Position numbers and translations under genes: made by a program. Shown here in pieces: positions 36,683 to 50,200 of a DNA stretch of 64,000 bases. Below the pieces are notes generated by a model. It was not told where the DNA came from. It made no database searches and worked only from the letters and a program-made list of their open reading frames with translations. The stretch is taken from positions 1,178,001-1,242,000 of the forward strand of contig JAKIMF020000005.1 of NCBI GenBank assembly GCA_022605425.2. The letters run 5' to 3'. Numbering within the stretch: position 1 is the stretch's first letter; each line of letters opens with the position of its first letter. The DNA comes from Hamiltosporidium tvaerminnensis FI-OER-3-3 (Eukaryota > Fungi > Microsporidia).

Positions 36683-37468
36683 TCATACGTTTAACAAATT
36701 TTTCAACACATGAATTGAAAATATTTGACTAAATATATTCCAAAAATACAAATAAATCAATGCTAGAGGCACTATCACTGTCCCAATCTTCCTTTTTTTA
36801 ATCAAGGAAAAAACGATATACACGAGTTGAAATATTAAAACCAATAGAATTATAAAATGACGTGTTACATTTAGAACAGTACGAGAGTATGTAAATCTAA
36901 CAATATTTTCAATCAATAAACCTAATGTAGCCAAAGTATATATAATACAGAATTTCAATGTCGAACTTTTTGATGTATTCATAATTTTCTCAATACCTTT
37001 AGAATAGAAATAGAATATAAAAAGTAATATAAAAGACATAAAATATAATATACCATAAGAATGTCTTCCGTTAAATATTTCCGAAGTATTTATATAATCA
37101 GCTGATCTTTGTATGTTGCTTAAATAACTGTCACAAAATAAAATGATTAAATTTAAAACACAGCAGAAAATAAATCTAATCAATGTAGAAATATTTAACT
37201 CATTTCTTCTGTTTTTAGCAAGAAAATACATATAAATGATTGTAATATAAATCAAATATTTTGTAAATATCTCATGCAGATACTCGAAATTGTAATTATA
37301 TGATATGAATAGACCGAAAATGCAAGTAACGAATAATTCTAACAGGAACATTAAAAGGAATACAAAATAGCGGCTTAATTTAACTCTTTTGTCATAATTG
37401 CATACACTTATATCATCAATTGAGATTTCTAAATTTTCTTTTGGATCTGCTAAATTATTACTGTCCAT
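36683..37468 (-). CDS. Hypothetical multi-pass membrane protein (261 aa, about 7 hydrophobic segments)
   Basis: Long ORF with a polar N-terminus followed by alternating hydrophobic helices. Confidence 0.8.
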   Translation of the reverse strand: MDSNNLADPKENLEISIDDISVCNYDKRVKLSRYFVFLLMFLLELFVTCIFGLFISYNYNFEYLHEIFTKYLIYITIIYMYFLAKNRRNELNISTLIRFIFCCVLNLIILFCDSYLSNIQRSADYINTSEIFNGRHSYGILYFMSFILLFIFYFYSKGIEKIMNTSKSSTLKFCIIYTLATLGLLIENIVRFTYSRTVLNVTRHFIILLVLIFQLVYIVFSLIKKRKIGTVIVPLALIYLYFWNIFSQIFSIHVLKNLLNV

Positions 37469-38959
37469 CAGAATATTTTTTTTTTCGTATCTTTATATTA
37501 GATTAAAAATTTAATTAATAAATTAGATTTCCTAAATTAATTTAAAAATATTTTATACGGTAAAAAATGATAAATTAATATATTTTGACTACTTACAAAA
37601 AAATAGAGATATTGAGACTGCAAATGTCTAAGACTGATTTTCAAGACCTTATAGCTTTTATAATATTTCTTGGTTCCATGTCTAGAGGAAAAAAGGTTCT
37701 GCATGTGGTAACGATCACATTCTAATATTCGATTTTTACGAATTTTAAACGAAATTGCGAAATGGATTTAACTTATTTTCACAAGTTATATGTAAAAAAG
37801 AGACTAATAAAGTAAGATGATCGCGAAGAGAGCATGTACTCATCAAAAGATATACCGAAAAAGAGTAACTATGCTCCTACATTGAATTCCTTTGTTTATC
37901 TTAGAATCTCGCTATATTCTTTTTAATAGTATTTTAAATTTTAATTTATTGATAAAATCCTTATGTAAAATCTAAACAAGAATATAGAATAGTATTTCGA
38001 TCGAATTTTAACAACTTACCAAAGCTATAATTAAATAAGTATTTAATTATAATTATTTACATGAAACAATTATGAAGATACGAAAACAAACAATATAATT
38101 TAAATAAATAACAGTCTGTCTTCTTTCCACGCATCCAACTTAAATAAAAAAAATTCTGAAATTATATTCTGATTTTTATATTACAGTAGATTACAAATAA
38201 AGTGGTTTGATTCTTACATATACTTTTATGAAAAAATATAAGTTGAATTCTATAAAACAGATTGTGAGTACTTCTTTTAAAAATATATTTAATCTGTATG
38301 CGGAAATTGAAATATATATCATATAAAACTTGATGTTTAAATTTGAATTTTTCAATTGATATATTTATTGTGTATAAAAAATTGGTTTGATTACAGTGGT
38401 TATGGTGAAAATTCTTCTTAATATTCGCTAAAATTTTTGCAAAAAAAGATTGAAGAATCAAGATATTTAAAGCAATAATCTTGCTTTATATATAGTTGTA
38501 GATACAATTTCTTATGTAATAAACCGGGATTATATTGTAACAACAATCTATAGCTTTTACTTAAGAGCCTCGAAATATACAGGACTAATACATTCAGTAA
38601 ATAATACCTGAAAAATGTCGAAACCAGTTCATTACATCAGTGAAAACAATAAGGATCAGCCTAATACAGGACATATTTGGAGGAAAGATCTAGAGATGTA
38701 ATCTATATCGCAAAAATATAAAACAAACTGGACAACTATATACAACGAAAGCCTTCAAAAAAACATGCTAAGCAAGCAAAAACAAAATTAATAACCTAGA
38801 GGAAGAATAAGAAGTCTAAAATAGAGTCATTAATTTGAAATTCAGAAAAAGATTAGAATAGAAAGGAATAATGAAATCAACAGAAGAGTAGGTAGAATAA
38901 AGCAACCTGGTATAGTGTAACCTTTATCCCAATGTTAATTTGTTGGAAATAAAATTAAA

Positions 38960-39480
38960 AGGTTTTTAATTTGAAAAAAAAAATGTGCAAGGATTTTAAT
39001 AGATATAATTTCTTGTTAAAAACAATATTCCCCTTTAATGATTTTTTTCAACCCCTCTACCCACCAAATGATTCTCTTCAAAATCCGTTTCTATTTTTAT
39101 ATTTATTTTTGGCTCTTTTACTGTGGTTTCTTTTTACGAAACTATTTGTTTCTTTCGATTTAACATGTTAAGCTCTATTTTTCTCGTTACCTTCTTTTCA
39201 TAAAAGAGTGTTGGTTTCTCATGTCTCTTGGCTATTTTAAATAACTGAAATTAATGGTATTTTCAGTATTTGGTCCCGAGTCAGATCCTCACTGTCGAAT
39301 AAGAGAAATGTTTAAACTGTTCTTCTTAGGTATTAATGACTAGGTGTATGCCTCTACATTCATGGGTATTTGCAGTCTTTTAAGCTATGTCTTGTTATAT
39401 TTTGTCACAATACTATTCCAGGTCATCTCAGGGAGGATTATCTCAACAGTAAACTTATAACTTAATAGATTTCGCTAACA
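38960..39480 (-). mobile_element. Duplicate of the decayed R4-like 3' fragment
   Basis: Inverted copy of 17720-18240. Confidence 0.8.
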
Positions 39481-39502
39481 AAATATTCAAATATTTATAA
39501 AT

Positions 39503-40546
39503 TTACCGAATATTTTTGTTCATTCTTAACCAATCAACATCACTTACTTCAATTATATTATTAGTCTTGAACATGAATATTAAATTAAATTCTTTATTTT
39601 TAAATTCATTTACAAATTCATCATTATTATTAAATTCCCAGGGCAAGTTTTCTATTTTAATTTTTAAATCAAAATAATTAGTCATTTTTATCAAAATATA
39701 TTTATATTCTTTATTATTGGAATCTTCTAACGATATAGTTGGAACAGAATCGATTGTACCATTTAAATATTTAACTTTTATATGGTAACCACTTGCTAAA
39801 ATAGAATCGTTTAAAAATAGTTGTCTTATTACAAAACTTGGGATATGTAACTTACTGTTTTGATTGAATTTATCCAGATTGATCTTTGAATCTTCTCTAT
39901 TTATATCTATAATTTCAACATTTTTATTAAAAAGTACTGCATTATACGAAACATGATTTACAATTAATTTACAAATATTATTTTCTATATTTTGATAAAC
40001 TTCTGCTATTTCATTTTCTGATTTAGTTGGAATAAATAATTTTAAATGAATTCTAGACAAAATATACAAATAATATTTATATCTTTCAGATTTGTGTACA
40101 AGTAAATTCTTATAGTTTGTTAGTTTAAAATACAAATCTTCTCTAAAAAAACATTGAGTTGAAGCATTCGTTTCGAAGCTTTGATCTACACCGATTTTTT
40201 TATTTAAATTTTTTAATATGAGCCTATCAATTTCTTCAGAATAACTATTAAATTCTTCATATGTGTATAAAGAACATTCAAGAATATCAATTACAATATT
40301 CCAGTAATTATTTGTAATTGCTTTTGCTTTAATAAAACTCACCATATTTCCAATAAATTCTTGATTTTTAAAACATTTTTGATAGAATATTAAAGGAGAT
40401 ACTGAATCGATAGAGAAAACCAAATCTTTATTACAAAATGAACAGAAACAATCATTTTTTTCCGAAATAGAATCTATATAATTATAGAGTTGATTGTATA
40501 AATATTCTAATCGGTTTTCAGAAAGTTTTAAGTGTTTTAAACTCAT
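39503..40546 (-). CDS. Hypothetical protein (347 aa), duplicate
   Basis: Near-identical to 16655-17698. Confidence 0.85.
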   Translation of the reverse strand: MSLKHLKLSENRLEYLYNQLYNYIDSISEKNDCFCSFCNKDLVFSIDSVSPLIFYQKCFKNQEFIGNMVSFIKAKAITNNYWNIVIDILECSLYTYEEFNSYSEEIDRLILKNLNKKIGVDQSFETNASTQCFFREDLYFKLTNYKNLLVHKSERYKYYLYILSRIHLKLFIPTKSENEIAEVYQNIENNICKLIVNHVSYNAVLFNKNVEIIDINREDSKINLDKFNQNSKLHIPSFVIRQLFLNDSILASGYHIKVKYLNGTIDSVPTISLEDSNNKEYKYILIKMTNYFDLKIKIENLPWEFNNNDEFVNEFKNKEFNLIFMFKTNNIIEVSDVDWLRMNKNIR

Positions 40547-41183
40547 ATATGCGATGGGTAATTCTTATTTTAAAATAAATTTTCCATTTTGTTTCCAAAT
40601 TCTTCACGACAATTTTATTTGTATTTTTCTATCGTCGAAGAAGATTTAAGTCAAAACCAAATATAGAGGAATTCATTAAAAACGCATCAACCGAATATAT
40701 GCCAAGAGCCGAGGACACACCAAACTTACTTCCTTTAAAAATATGTATCAACAAGAAAAAAGGTATTAAAGTAATCAAAATACAAAATATTAAACTTATA
40801 ATTTTTAACGATATAACCACTAACTAAGGTCAGTTTAAAGATAAAAAATTAAGTCGAATATATAAGAAAATTACTAAGAAGATAAAGAATTAATCAAAAT
40901 AAAATAACACTTAAAACAGCATTTAAATAAATTCTAATTAAATTTTCTCAAATAGTAAACAAATTTCTGTTTAATTTAAAAAAACAATTTATAAAGAAAT
41001 AAATTTTTAAAATAGAAAAATTTAAAATAATTGTAAAATTTATTTTTATGATTCGAATTAAATAAATTCCAAATGATTGATTAAATCAATTCAAATAATT
41101 TTATCTTTCATTTATAAAATATTTCTGTTTAATAAAAAATTTGCGCCTTTTTTTATATAAAATTTAACAGAAATAAAATATGC

Positions 41184-41390
41184 ATGGGGTCTGTAGAATC
41201 AACACTAAACAAAAAATATCCATTAAAATATGAAAAGAAGCAAGAAAATGGAAATATTTGTGCTAAATACGAACAAAGAATTAGAGACATCAAAACCCAA
41301 ATAAACAGTCGAAATAGAAACGATTCAAGTCTTATTCATGATGAGAAAACCTATATAAAACTTCTTAAAGAGGTTCAAAGTTCTTTATAA
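41184..41390 (+). CDS. 68-aa hypothetical protein, duplicate
   Basis: Protein identical to 15811-16017. Confidence 0.6.
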   Translation: MGSVESTLNKKYPLKYEKKQENGNICAKYEQRIRDIKTQINSRNRNDSSLIHDEKTYIKLLKEVQSSL

Positions 41391-41521
41391 AATTTATGTT
41401 TATGCAATCTTTTAACTTATTTTTAATTTTAATTTATTTTCTTTTTTTTATTCGTTTTTCTTCGGTTTCTTCAGATCATTTTCCCTGATTATAAAAAATT
41501 AAATATTTTTTTTCCTGTTTT

Positions 41522-44500
41522 CTTACCTTCGCCTAATGCACCAGTTCCCTCTTCGGTTGAAGTCTCTGCGTGCGAGCCATCGTACGACATGACAAGCCCC
41601 TGTACTCTAGCTATTCCAGAAGGTAACAGGCTAATGGCATTGCGGACGATATTCGATTCCGTAACAGCCGACCCGAAGGAATGGCCTCGAATTGTTTTTT
41701 TTTTGCAGTACAGACAAGGTTTGAAAGAATGCCAAGAAATGGCTGGACAGAGCTTCACAGGTACTATAATGAGAAATTCGGCTGCACTGAAACTCTCGAA
41801 GTGTTAAAAAAATTGGCACAAAGTGAGATGGGAAAGGATGTAAAATCAGAAGAGAATGGAGAGCGACGTAGAATCGCCACTTGTCTCGCTGATACATGCA
41901 CCTTGACCGACACCACGGAGTACATAAACCTGAGAGATAAATTCTTGAGTAAAATCAAAGAAATCTCTGAGAACGAAATTGGAAAAGTGGTGGTCCGAAC
42001 TAGAAAACATCCAAATGAATTGGTTGATAGTAAAGTTCTGGATCTCATTAATCGAGTAGTCGGTGAATATGCAGGAGCTCATGTACCTGAGTCAATTACG
42101 GAAGCCGCGTATATCATGCAAGCTGCGCAGATATGCTATGACGAGGCAACGCGCATAGAGAAGCCTAGATCCGCTTGATAGGAAAACATAGAAAGTAAAA
42201 TTTCTAAGTTAGTACTTTCCAAAGATCTTCTCGAGAAGGCTCGTAAGCAGGAAAAGCTCTCCACCTCGGAAACGAAGAGCCTTAAGAAAATCATGCAAGA
42301 GTTTAATTTAAACTTGAGCAGTGTAACTGATCTTTCTGAGGCTTTAGTTAAGAAGAATGAGTCTTTGAATGTGTACGAGAAAAAAATTACGATGCATGAA
42401 AGTAGGAAGCAATTCCGAAAAGAGAATCGTATGTTTGAGCTTTTCCGAGGTCGATTTTATCGTGGGTTATCTGAGCATGTGGAATCCGAGCATGTGGTTA
42501 GTCGTGATGAAATTGTGAGTTTTTGGTCTACAATGTGGAACAAAAATGATGACACAGTCACGTACGATGATTATTTGATTCCATTTGTATCAGATAATCA
42601 TCCGACCACGTTTCCTTCACTTGATGAATTTGTAAATATCATTAATTGGCTTCCCAATTGGAAAGCTGCTGGAATTGATGGTATTTACAATTTTTTCATT
42701 AAGAAACTTACAACTCTTCACAAATATCTTTATGATATTGTGAAAGTTATTGTTTGAAGGAACACCTCGCTGATTGGTTTTACTGCGGGCTTACGTATTT
42801 GATACCGGGAATTCCACGAAGAGGCTCTGACTCGGCCATCACTTGTATGTCCAACCTCTACAGTTAACGACGTTGTACAGGTCGTTCACTTGGTGGGGGG
42901 TTGCTTGCGAGAACCAATTGGGGCGGTGAGGTGTGCGGGGCGAAGAGCAGGCTCTACTGAATATTGCCTTAATAAAGGTATGGAAATAATCTTAGGCAAC
43001 ATGGATTGATGTTAAAAGCTTTGATTCAATAGATCATGCTTATTTAACTCATGATTGAAACCTTAATTTACCTGATTGGATCCTGAAATTTATTAAGGTA
43101 ATTATATCAAATGGAAATTGATATATCGTAGGGCCTGAAAAATCATGGCGAGTTGATGATTCTCGGATGTCTGTCACCTTTGTTATTTGTGTTTGTATGG
43201 ATCCATTGCCGCTTAATGAAAATACCAGTGCGTCAACGATGCGAATCCCATTCTACTAATATCTCTTGTTTATTGATGATCTTAGCTCCTTGCAAGACAG
43301 CTCCCATTGAGTGCTTGACGGCGGCGGAATTTTAGAGGTGATTGGCTTAGATTACGGTGCCACAATGATACGTTTGTAGATACTGCTACTCTTCTGAGGT
43401 GTTGTGTTTCAATATTTAGGAATAATGAAGACAGCGGGAATCCCAACACGTAGCTCTTTGAGAAGTACAGAGCAAACTTATAGGTTGACTTTGTCACACT
43501 GATTAATGCAAAATTTTTTTCTGCAATCATCAACATGATATCGTTAATCAACTACCACATGGTACTTCACTTGAACCGGCTACTTCTGTTGATGATGCAG
43601 TGTGGTGTTGGTTAAATGATCATCTCCGCCTGTGAGGGTTTTCTTCCTGACAACTTGAGGGCCTCTGTGTTGGTTGAGAAGCGAACATATGCTTCTGCAC
43701 TCTTGGATTGTCTGAAGTGAAATATCACTGACGCAGCAATCCTGGTGGGATAATATAAACCCATCTTGCACTAATAAAGGCTTCTTAAGTGTACAGGTTG
43801 GTGGAAGTCACTGAGTTTGAGCTCACTTGCAAACTATATAACGAAATGAAAACGAACTCCATTAGTTATATAATGCAAGAAAATGAGCTTGTGAGTGTTG
43901 TACTCTTCGGTGGCTGAGGGAAATATTAGCCACAATAGCTTGTTCTGCTATATCCAGGATGAAATGTATTCTGGGGCATGTGTGTGTCAACATTGGGGTC
44001 TGGTGACTGTGGATCATTGAACTGATGCGAAAATGCTGGCCATATTACACTGACGGCATATTGGTCGATGCCTAACCTTCTTCTTCTAATAGATATGTTT
44101 AGTCTTCAAACGAATGAGCCACTCGTTGAAATTCTTGATAATGGTATGCAGATGTGGACACCGAATTAAAACTGATGTTAAATTGAATACGACCGAATAT
44201 TTATTTTAGATAGAAGAAGAATAAGATAACACTCATTGGTGGAATCACTTCGATTCACTTCAAATAGTTGAAACTGAAAACTTGAAGTATGACCTGCTGC
44301 CAATGGTTGGGTCTTATTTATAAGTGTGTGTTGAGATAATCCCTTTGTGATGACCTGGGACGGTTTGTGACAAATACCATATCTCATCTTAAAGACTGAA
44401 TACCCTGATGTGGCATAATTCGTCATGTACTTAGAACGTGACATTTCTTTGATCACGGGATTGTCACTAATGCCTGCGTCTGGTTTTTATGGATCATGCT

Positions 44501-44639
44501 AACCCTTTAAAGAAGCGTGTGTTATTTTAAACCATTCCCCTTTTTCCGAGGAACCGACCGCCATCTAATGGGTCGTTTAGAGCATGTGGTTAGGTGAAAC
44601 ATTAATGTTAATTTTTAACCCAGAATTTTATTAAATAAA
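41522..44639 (+). mobile_element. R4/Dong-like retrotransposon copy 3, 5'-truncated, inserted upstream of RPS18
   Basis: 14-bp TSD TTTTTTCCTGTTTT (41508-41521 and 44640-44653); empty site visible in the left arm (~15683-15698); 3' end CCCAGAATTTTATTAAATAAA. Confidence 0.95.
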
Positions 44640-44909
44640 TTTTTTCCTGTTTTTTTATTTTCTTTAAATTTTCTTTACGACAAATTCTTCCCATTTTTTT
44701 AAATCAAATATTTTTTTCCTATCTTTTTATTTTCTTTAAATTTTCTTTTCAATTATTTTTTCTATTTTTTAAAATCAAATAATTTTTTTAGATTTTTAAA
44801 CTTAAATTTTCTTTTCAATTATTCATCCTATTATTCTTCCTATTTTTTAAAATCAAATATTTTTTTACGATTTTTAAAAATTAAATTTTTTACAAATCCA
44901 ATCCCTTTA

Positions 44910-45380
44910 ATGTCTTCGAGAAATTTCTTAGTTCAACCAAGCGAACTAAACCATATTATTCGTTTATTCAATACAAATATTAATGGTACAAGTCTTGTAA
45001 CACATGCACTTACCAAAATTAAAGGAATTGGAAGAAGATATGCAGATGCAGCAGTAAAAATGGCAAATATTGATCCAAGTAAAAGAGCAGGTGAATTAAA
45101 CAATGAAGAGTTAAATGCACTTCAAAATGTTATAACCGATCCACTTTCTTTCGGAATACCAGAGTGGTTTCTAAACCACCAGAAAGATTACACAGACGGT
45201 ACCACTTCACATCTGATCGGTAATCAGTTAGATGCTGATATTCGATTACTGATTGAAAGAGGAAAGAAAATTAAAAATGTTAGAGTTTGTAGGTTAGCAG
45301 CTGGACTTAAAGTCAGAGGTCAAAGAACTAAAAGTAATGGTAGAAGAGGAAGAACAGTTGGTGTTAGCAAGAAGAAATAA
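44910..45380 (+). CDS. RPS18: 40S ribosomal protein S18 (uS13), duplicate
   Basis: Identical protein to 14952-15422; I see only two synonymous differences. Confidence 0.98.
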   Translation: MSSRNFLVQPSELNHIIRLFNTNINGTSLVTHALTKIKGIGRRYADAAVKMANIDPSKRAGELNNEELNALQNVITDPLSFGIPEWFLNHQKDYTDGTTSHLIGNQLDADIRLLIERGKKIKNVRVCRLAAGLKVRGQRTKSNGRRGRTVGVSKKK

Positions 45381-47206
45381 ATTATTAAATATTTTTAAGG
45401 AAATTGACTAATTTTTCGCAGTTTAATAATATTTTATGACTTTTTTAATTATATTATAATTATTAAAACTGTTTCACTTAATTTTCTTCTTTTTTAAAAA
45501 TATTAAAAATTTCTATGTCTGAAAATGAAGCCAAATATAAATTCTTACAATATAATTTTATTTAAGCTTTTTGTAATAAAAAAATCTTTTTGTGGAATCT
45601 CTCGAATTCGAAAATTAGAAATCTTAAATTTTAAATGAAACGGTATTTTAAAATAATAACACACATAATATCCTTCATATTAAACATTATAACCTTCTGA
45701 AGAATGAATAGATCAAAAATTTATTTGATAAAATTCTGGGTTAAAATATTTTTACCATTTTTATATGTTTTCTTCTACCTCTTTAACCACTAACTGTCTC
45801 TTCTTCCAAATCCTATTTAAGTGTTTATGATTATTATTCTCAAGTTATAATGTTTTAAAATTTAAAAAGAGAAAAGATTTAAAGAAATCAACGAATGTTT
45901 TAAATCCAAAGCCAAATCTAAAAATTTCACTCGTAACACTTATTTAAGTTTTTGTGGTTTTTAATAAAGTTTTTTTAATGAATGAACAATGACTAGTGTT
46001 ATTCAATTAGAATGTTTAAAAACTTTATGTTTTTTTGACACAAAATATAAAAGAAAGATTTATTTGTAAATATAAACTTAACTTAAATAGATTTAAGTGA
46101 TGTAGAATCTCTACTTGTCTCATCTTTTATTCATTAATAAACTTCTTTTTCATTTAAAACTAGTAAGAATAGTGAATATTTAAATTTTCAAGAATATATT
46201 GAAAAACAAAATTTTTAATGAGTCTTAAATTTTTTGGTCAAGGCTATTTAAAAGTTTTCTAAAATCAGTTCATAAATTAAGCAGTCCTGTTTACTTACTA
46301 TGTGGGTGACATCGCGAATCCTGACAAGTTAGACTCTTATTAATCTTGTCTTTTTGACAATTTAAATATTGACTTCATTTATTTAGATGATCGATTATGT
46401 TTTTCGGTTTTTTTTGAATCCTTATAACAGCGTTGTATTTTAATGACAGAGTTTAGGACTAAACTTAAAAACCCCTAAAATCTTTTTCATATTAATTAGG
46501 TTATTATTCGGTTTATGACATGATTTTGAGTATCAAATACTGTGGTCTTATAATGATTTGAGTTTAACATTTGTACTATAGTTATCAAATCTAATAAACA
46601 AACATTAAGGCTTATTCTACTCTTAGGTTAAAGCGAAAAAAAGATGATTGGAGGAATCAATACATTTCTTTATGACAGTTTTTCATTTCATATCTTAAAT
46701 GACTCGAGTAGTTTCTGTCTGTACACTAGGAATATCACTGTAGTATTAAATCTTCATTTAAACTATCCGAACTATCAGAATGAAAATGTTAATCATAAAC
46801 TCTATCATAAATATGTAATTTATGTATCTATATATGAATACATAGTAAAGATTAACCACATTAAAAACTATCTGCCTGACAATGAGCGTGTGAAAATTAT
46901 TGTTGACATTTTGGTGGGATGTAAACAACCCTAGATCTATAAGCACATCCCCTATAATCTCGAGTTCCACTTATTAAAAGAGAAAAATGGTAAACATTCA
47001 TTTGTTAATCCGCCCCGAAAAGTAAAAGAGGAATGGAATATGAAGTAAGTTAAAACTATCATAAAAAGAGCCAGAAAAATGATCGATTAAAACATCTGAT
47101 AATATTGAATAAATTTTTTTTATTACTTTTCTTTGCCATTTTTACTTTCTTAATAGAATTTCTGTGGTATTCTAGTACATAATGATGGATTATTGGGTTT
47201 CCTTAT

Positions 47207-50200
47207 TTATTTAATAAAATTCTGGGTTAAAATATTTTTATCATTTTTATGTATTTTCTTCAACCTCTTTAACATCTTCTTACTCTTCTTCCAAATCAGA
47301 CTCTTCATTTATGTTATTGGTCGGTTCCTCTAAAGTGGTTCCTCCTTGTGAAATAAAGGGTGCTTTATTTTTTGGTTTTAAAATTTTAACACCATCTTCC
47401 TCTCTCTTCTCTTCTTTTAATGAAGGTGTTGGGTCCTCATGCCTCTCTGCTCTCATAATAACACTCATTGACACTCTCTTACGGCTCTCTTCGGCATTTA
47501 GTCCTGACTCAAGTCCTCTTCGTCAATCAAAGGAATTCTTTCGACTGTCTTCTTGAGTACTATAGAATGAATGTATGCCTCTACATTCATGGGTATTTCT
47601 AGTCTTTTAAGATGAGATTTATGGTATTTTGTCACAATACCGTCCCAGGTCATCACATAGGGGATTATCTCAACACTACACCTATAAATAAGACCCAACT
47701 CATTGGCTAGCAGGTCATACTTCCTAAGTTTTTCAGTTTCAACTATTTGAAGTGAATCTTGGGAAGTGATTCCTACTTCAATGAGTGTTATCTTATTCTT
47801 CTTCTTATCTAAAATATATATGTCCGGTCTGTTATTCCGAATTTTGGCATCAGTTTTTATTCTGGTGTCTAATCTTATCTCTGTATACTCATTATCTAGA
47901 ATTTCTTAAACTGAGTGACTCCTAATTCGTTTTGAGGACTTAAACTTATATCTATTGAGGAGAAGTAAGTGTATTCATCTTACAACTTCATTATGTTGTC
48001 TGGTGTAGTCATGGCTAGCATTTTTTCACATCGAGTTGCTAGATGATCTATAGTCTTACCAGATTTATTGCAGTGTTGACATACACCATCTGCTCCCCAG
48101 AATACATTTCTATCCTGGATATAGCAGAACACAGCTTCATTTTGTGCCCTAATATTCCCTCTCTTTAGCAATCTAGAAGAGTCACTAACACTCACAAGCT
48201 CTTTTTTTCGTGCATTATATAACTTTGAATGAAGTTTTCGTTTTTATATTTCGTTATATAGTTTTGCAAGGTGAGCATCTTCTAAACTTTTCTTAGTGAC
48301 TTCTTCTACCAACCTGTACTTTACTTTTAAGAAGCCTTTTATTAGTGCAAGATGGGTTTTATTATTATTCTCCACCTTGAGGATTGCTGCTCGTCTAGTT
48401 GATATTTCTTTACTTTTTTCCAGACAATCCAAGAGTTGCAGAAGCATATGTTCGCTTCGCAACTCAACACTATGTAGGCCTCTTCCAAGTTCTGTTCTAG
48501 GAAGATACAACCGCTCTTTACATCCTGGGCGGAGATGTATCTTATTTTTAACCAACACCGCACGCACTGCATCATCTAACTTAGAGAAGTCAGCCGGTTC
48601 AAGTCGAAGTACTCCTATGTGGTAGTTGATTAACGATATCGCATGTTGATTGATTGCAGAAAATAAATTTTTTGCATTTAATCTAGTGTGACAAAGTCTT
48701 TCAACTCTTGATATAAGTTTGCTCTGTACTTCTTCAAATGAGCTACGTGTTGGGATTCCTCTGCTATCTTCTATTATTCCTAAATATTTGTTAACACTAA
48801 CACCTTCTAGAAGAGTAGCAGTATCTTCACAACACGTATAATTTGTGGCTGACTTCTCTTTGTTAATCTCTAACCCAATCACCTCTAAAAAATTCCTTTG
48901 CCTCGCCTGTCATAGCACTCAATGTGGAGCTTTCTTTTGCAGGGAGCTTAAGATCATCAACAAACAAGAGATGATTAGTAGAATGGGATTCTGCATCTGT
49001 TTGTACTGTCACTTTTGTGTATTTTTCATTAAGCTTTCGGCTTAATGGATCCATACACAACACAAACAACAATGGGGACAAACTATCTTCTTGCAGAATC
49101 CCTCTCTCAATCTTCTTGCTCATGATTTTTTCAGGCCCTACTGATATATCAATTTTCCATTTTGATATAATTACCTTAATAAATTTCAGGATCCAATCAG
49201 GTAAATTAAGGTTTTCAATGCATTGAGTTAAATAAGCATGATCTATTGAATCATAAGCTTTTTTAACGTCAATCCATGTTGCCATAAGATTGTTTCCGTA
49301 CTCTTTATTTAAGGCAATATTCAGTAGAGCCTGCTCTTTCGATCCCTGCACCCCTCGTACCGCCCCTAATTGGTTCTCTGCAAGCAACCCTCGCCTTTCC
49401 ACTTCAAGTTGAACGACTTTCGTTACACACTTTGTCGTTAACTAATAGAAGTTTGACATACAAGTGATTGGCCTGTAGTCAGAGCCTCTTCGTGGAATTC
49501 CTTTCAGTATCAAATACGTAAGCCCGCAGTAAAGCCAATCAGCTTGAGGTGTTCCTTCTAAACATATAACTTTCACAATATCATAAATATATTTGTGAAG
49601 AGTTGTAAGTTTCTTAATAAAAAAATTGTAAATACCATCAATTCCAGCAGCTTTCCAATTAGGAAGCCAATTAATGATATTTACAAATTCATCAAGTGAT
49701 GGAAACGTGGTCGGATGATTATCTGATATAAATGGAATTAAATAATCATCGTACGTGACTGTGTCATCATTTTTGTTCCACATTGTAGACCAAAAACTCA
49801 CAATTTCATCACGACTAACCACATGCTCGGATTCCACATGCTCAGATAACCCACGATAAAATCGACCTCGGAAAAGCTCAAACATACGATTCTCTTTTCG
49901 GAATTGCTTCCTACCAACATACATCGTAATTTTTTTCTCATAAATGTTCAAAGACTTATTCTTCTTAACTAAAGCCCCAGAATGATCAGTTACACTGCTC
50001 AAGTTTAAACTAAACTCTCCCATGATTTTCTTAAGGCTCTTCGTTTCTGAAGTAGAGAGCTTTTCCTGCCTACGAGCCTTCTCGAGAAGATTTTTGGAAA
50101 GTACTAACTTAGAAATTTTACTTTCTATATTTTCCTTCCAAGCGGATCTAGGCTTCTCTTTACGTGTTAGCTCGTCATAGCATACCTGGGCTGCTTGGAT

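Larger units (their letters stand above)
37518..47058. repeat. Right arm of the inverted duplication, interrupted by a retrotransposon
   Basis: Reverse complement of 13270-19677. Confidence 0.95.
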
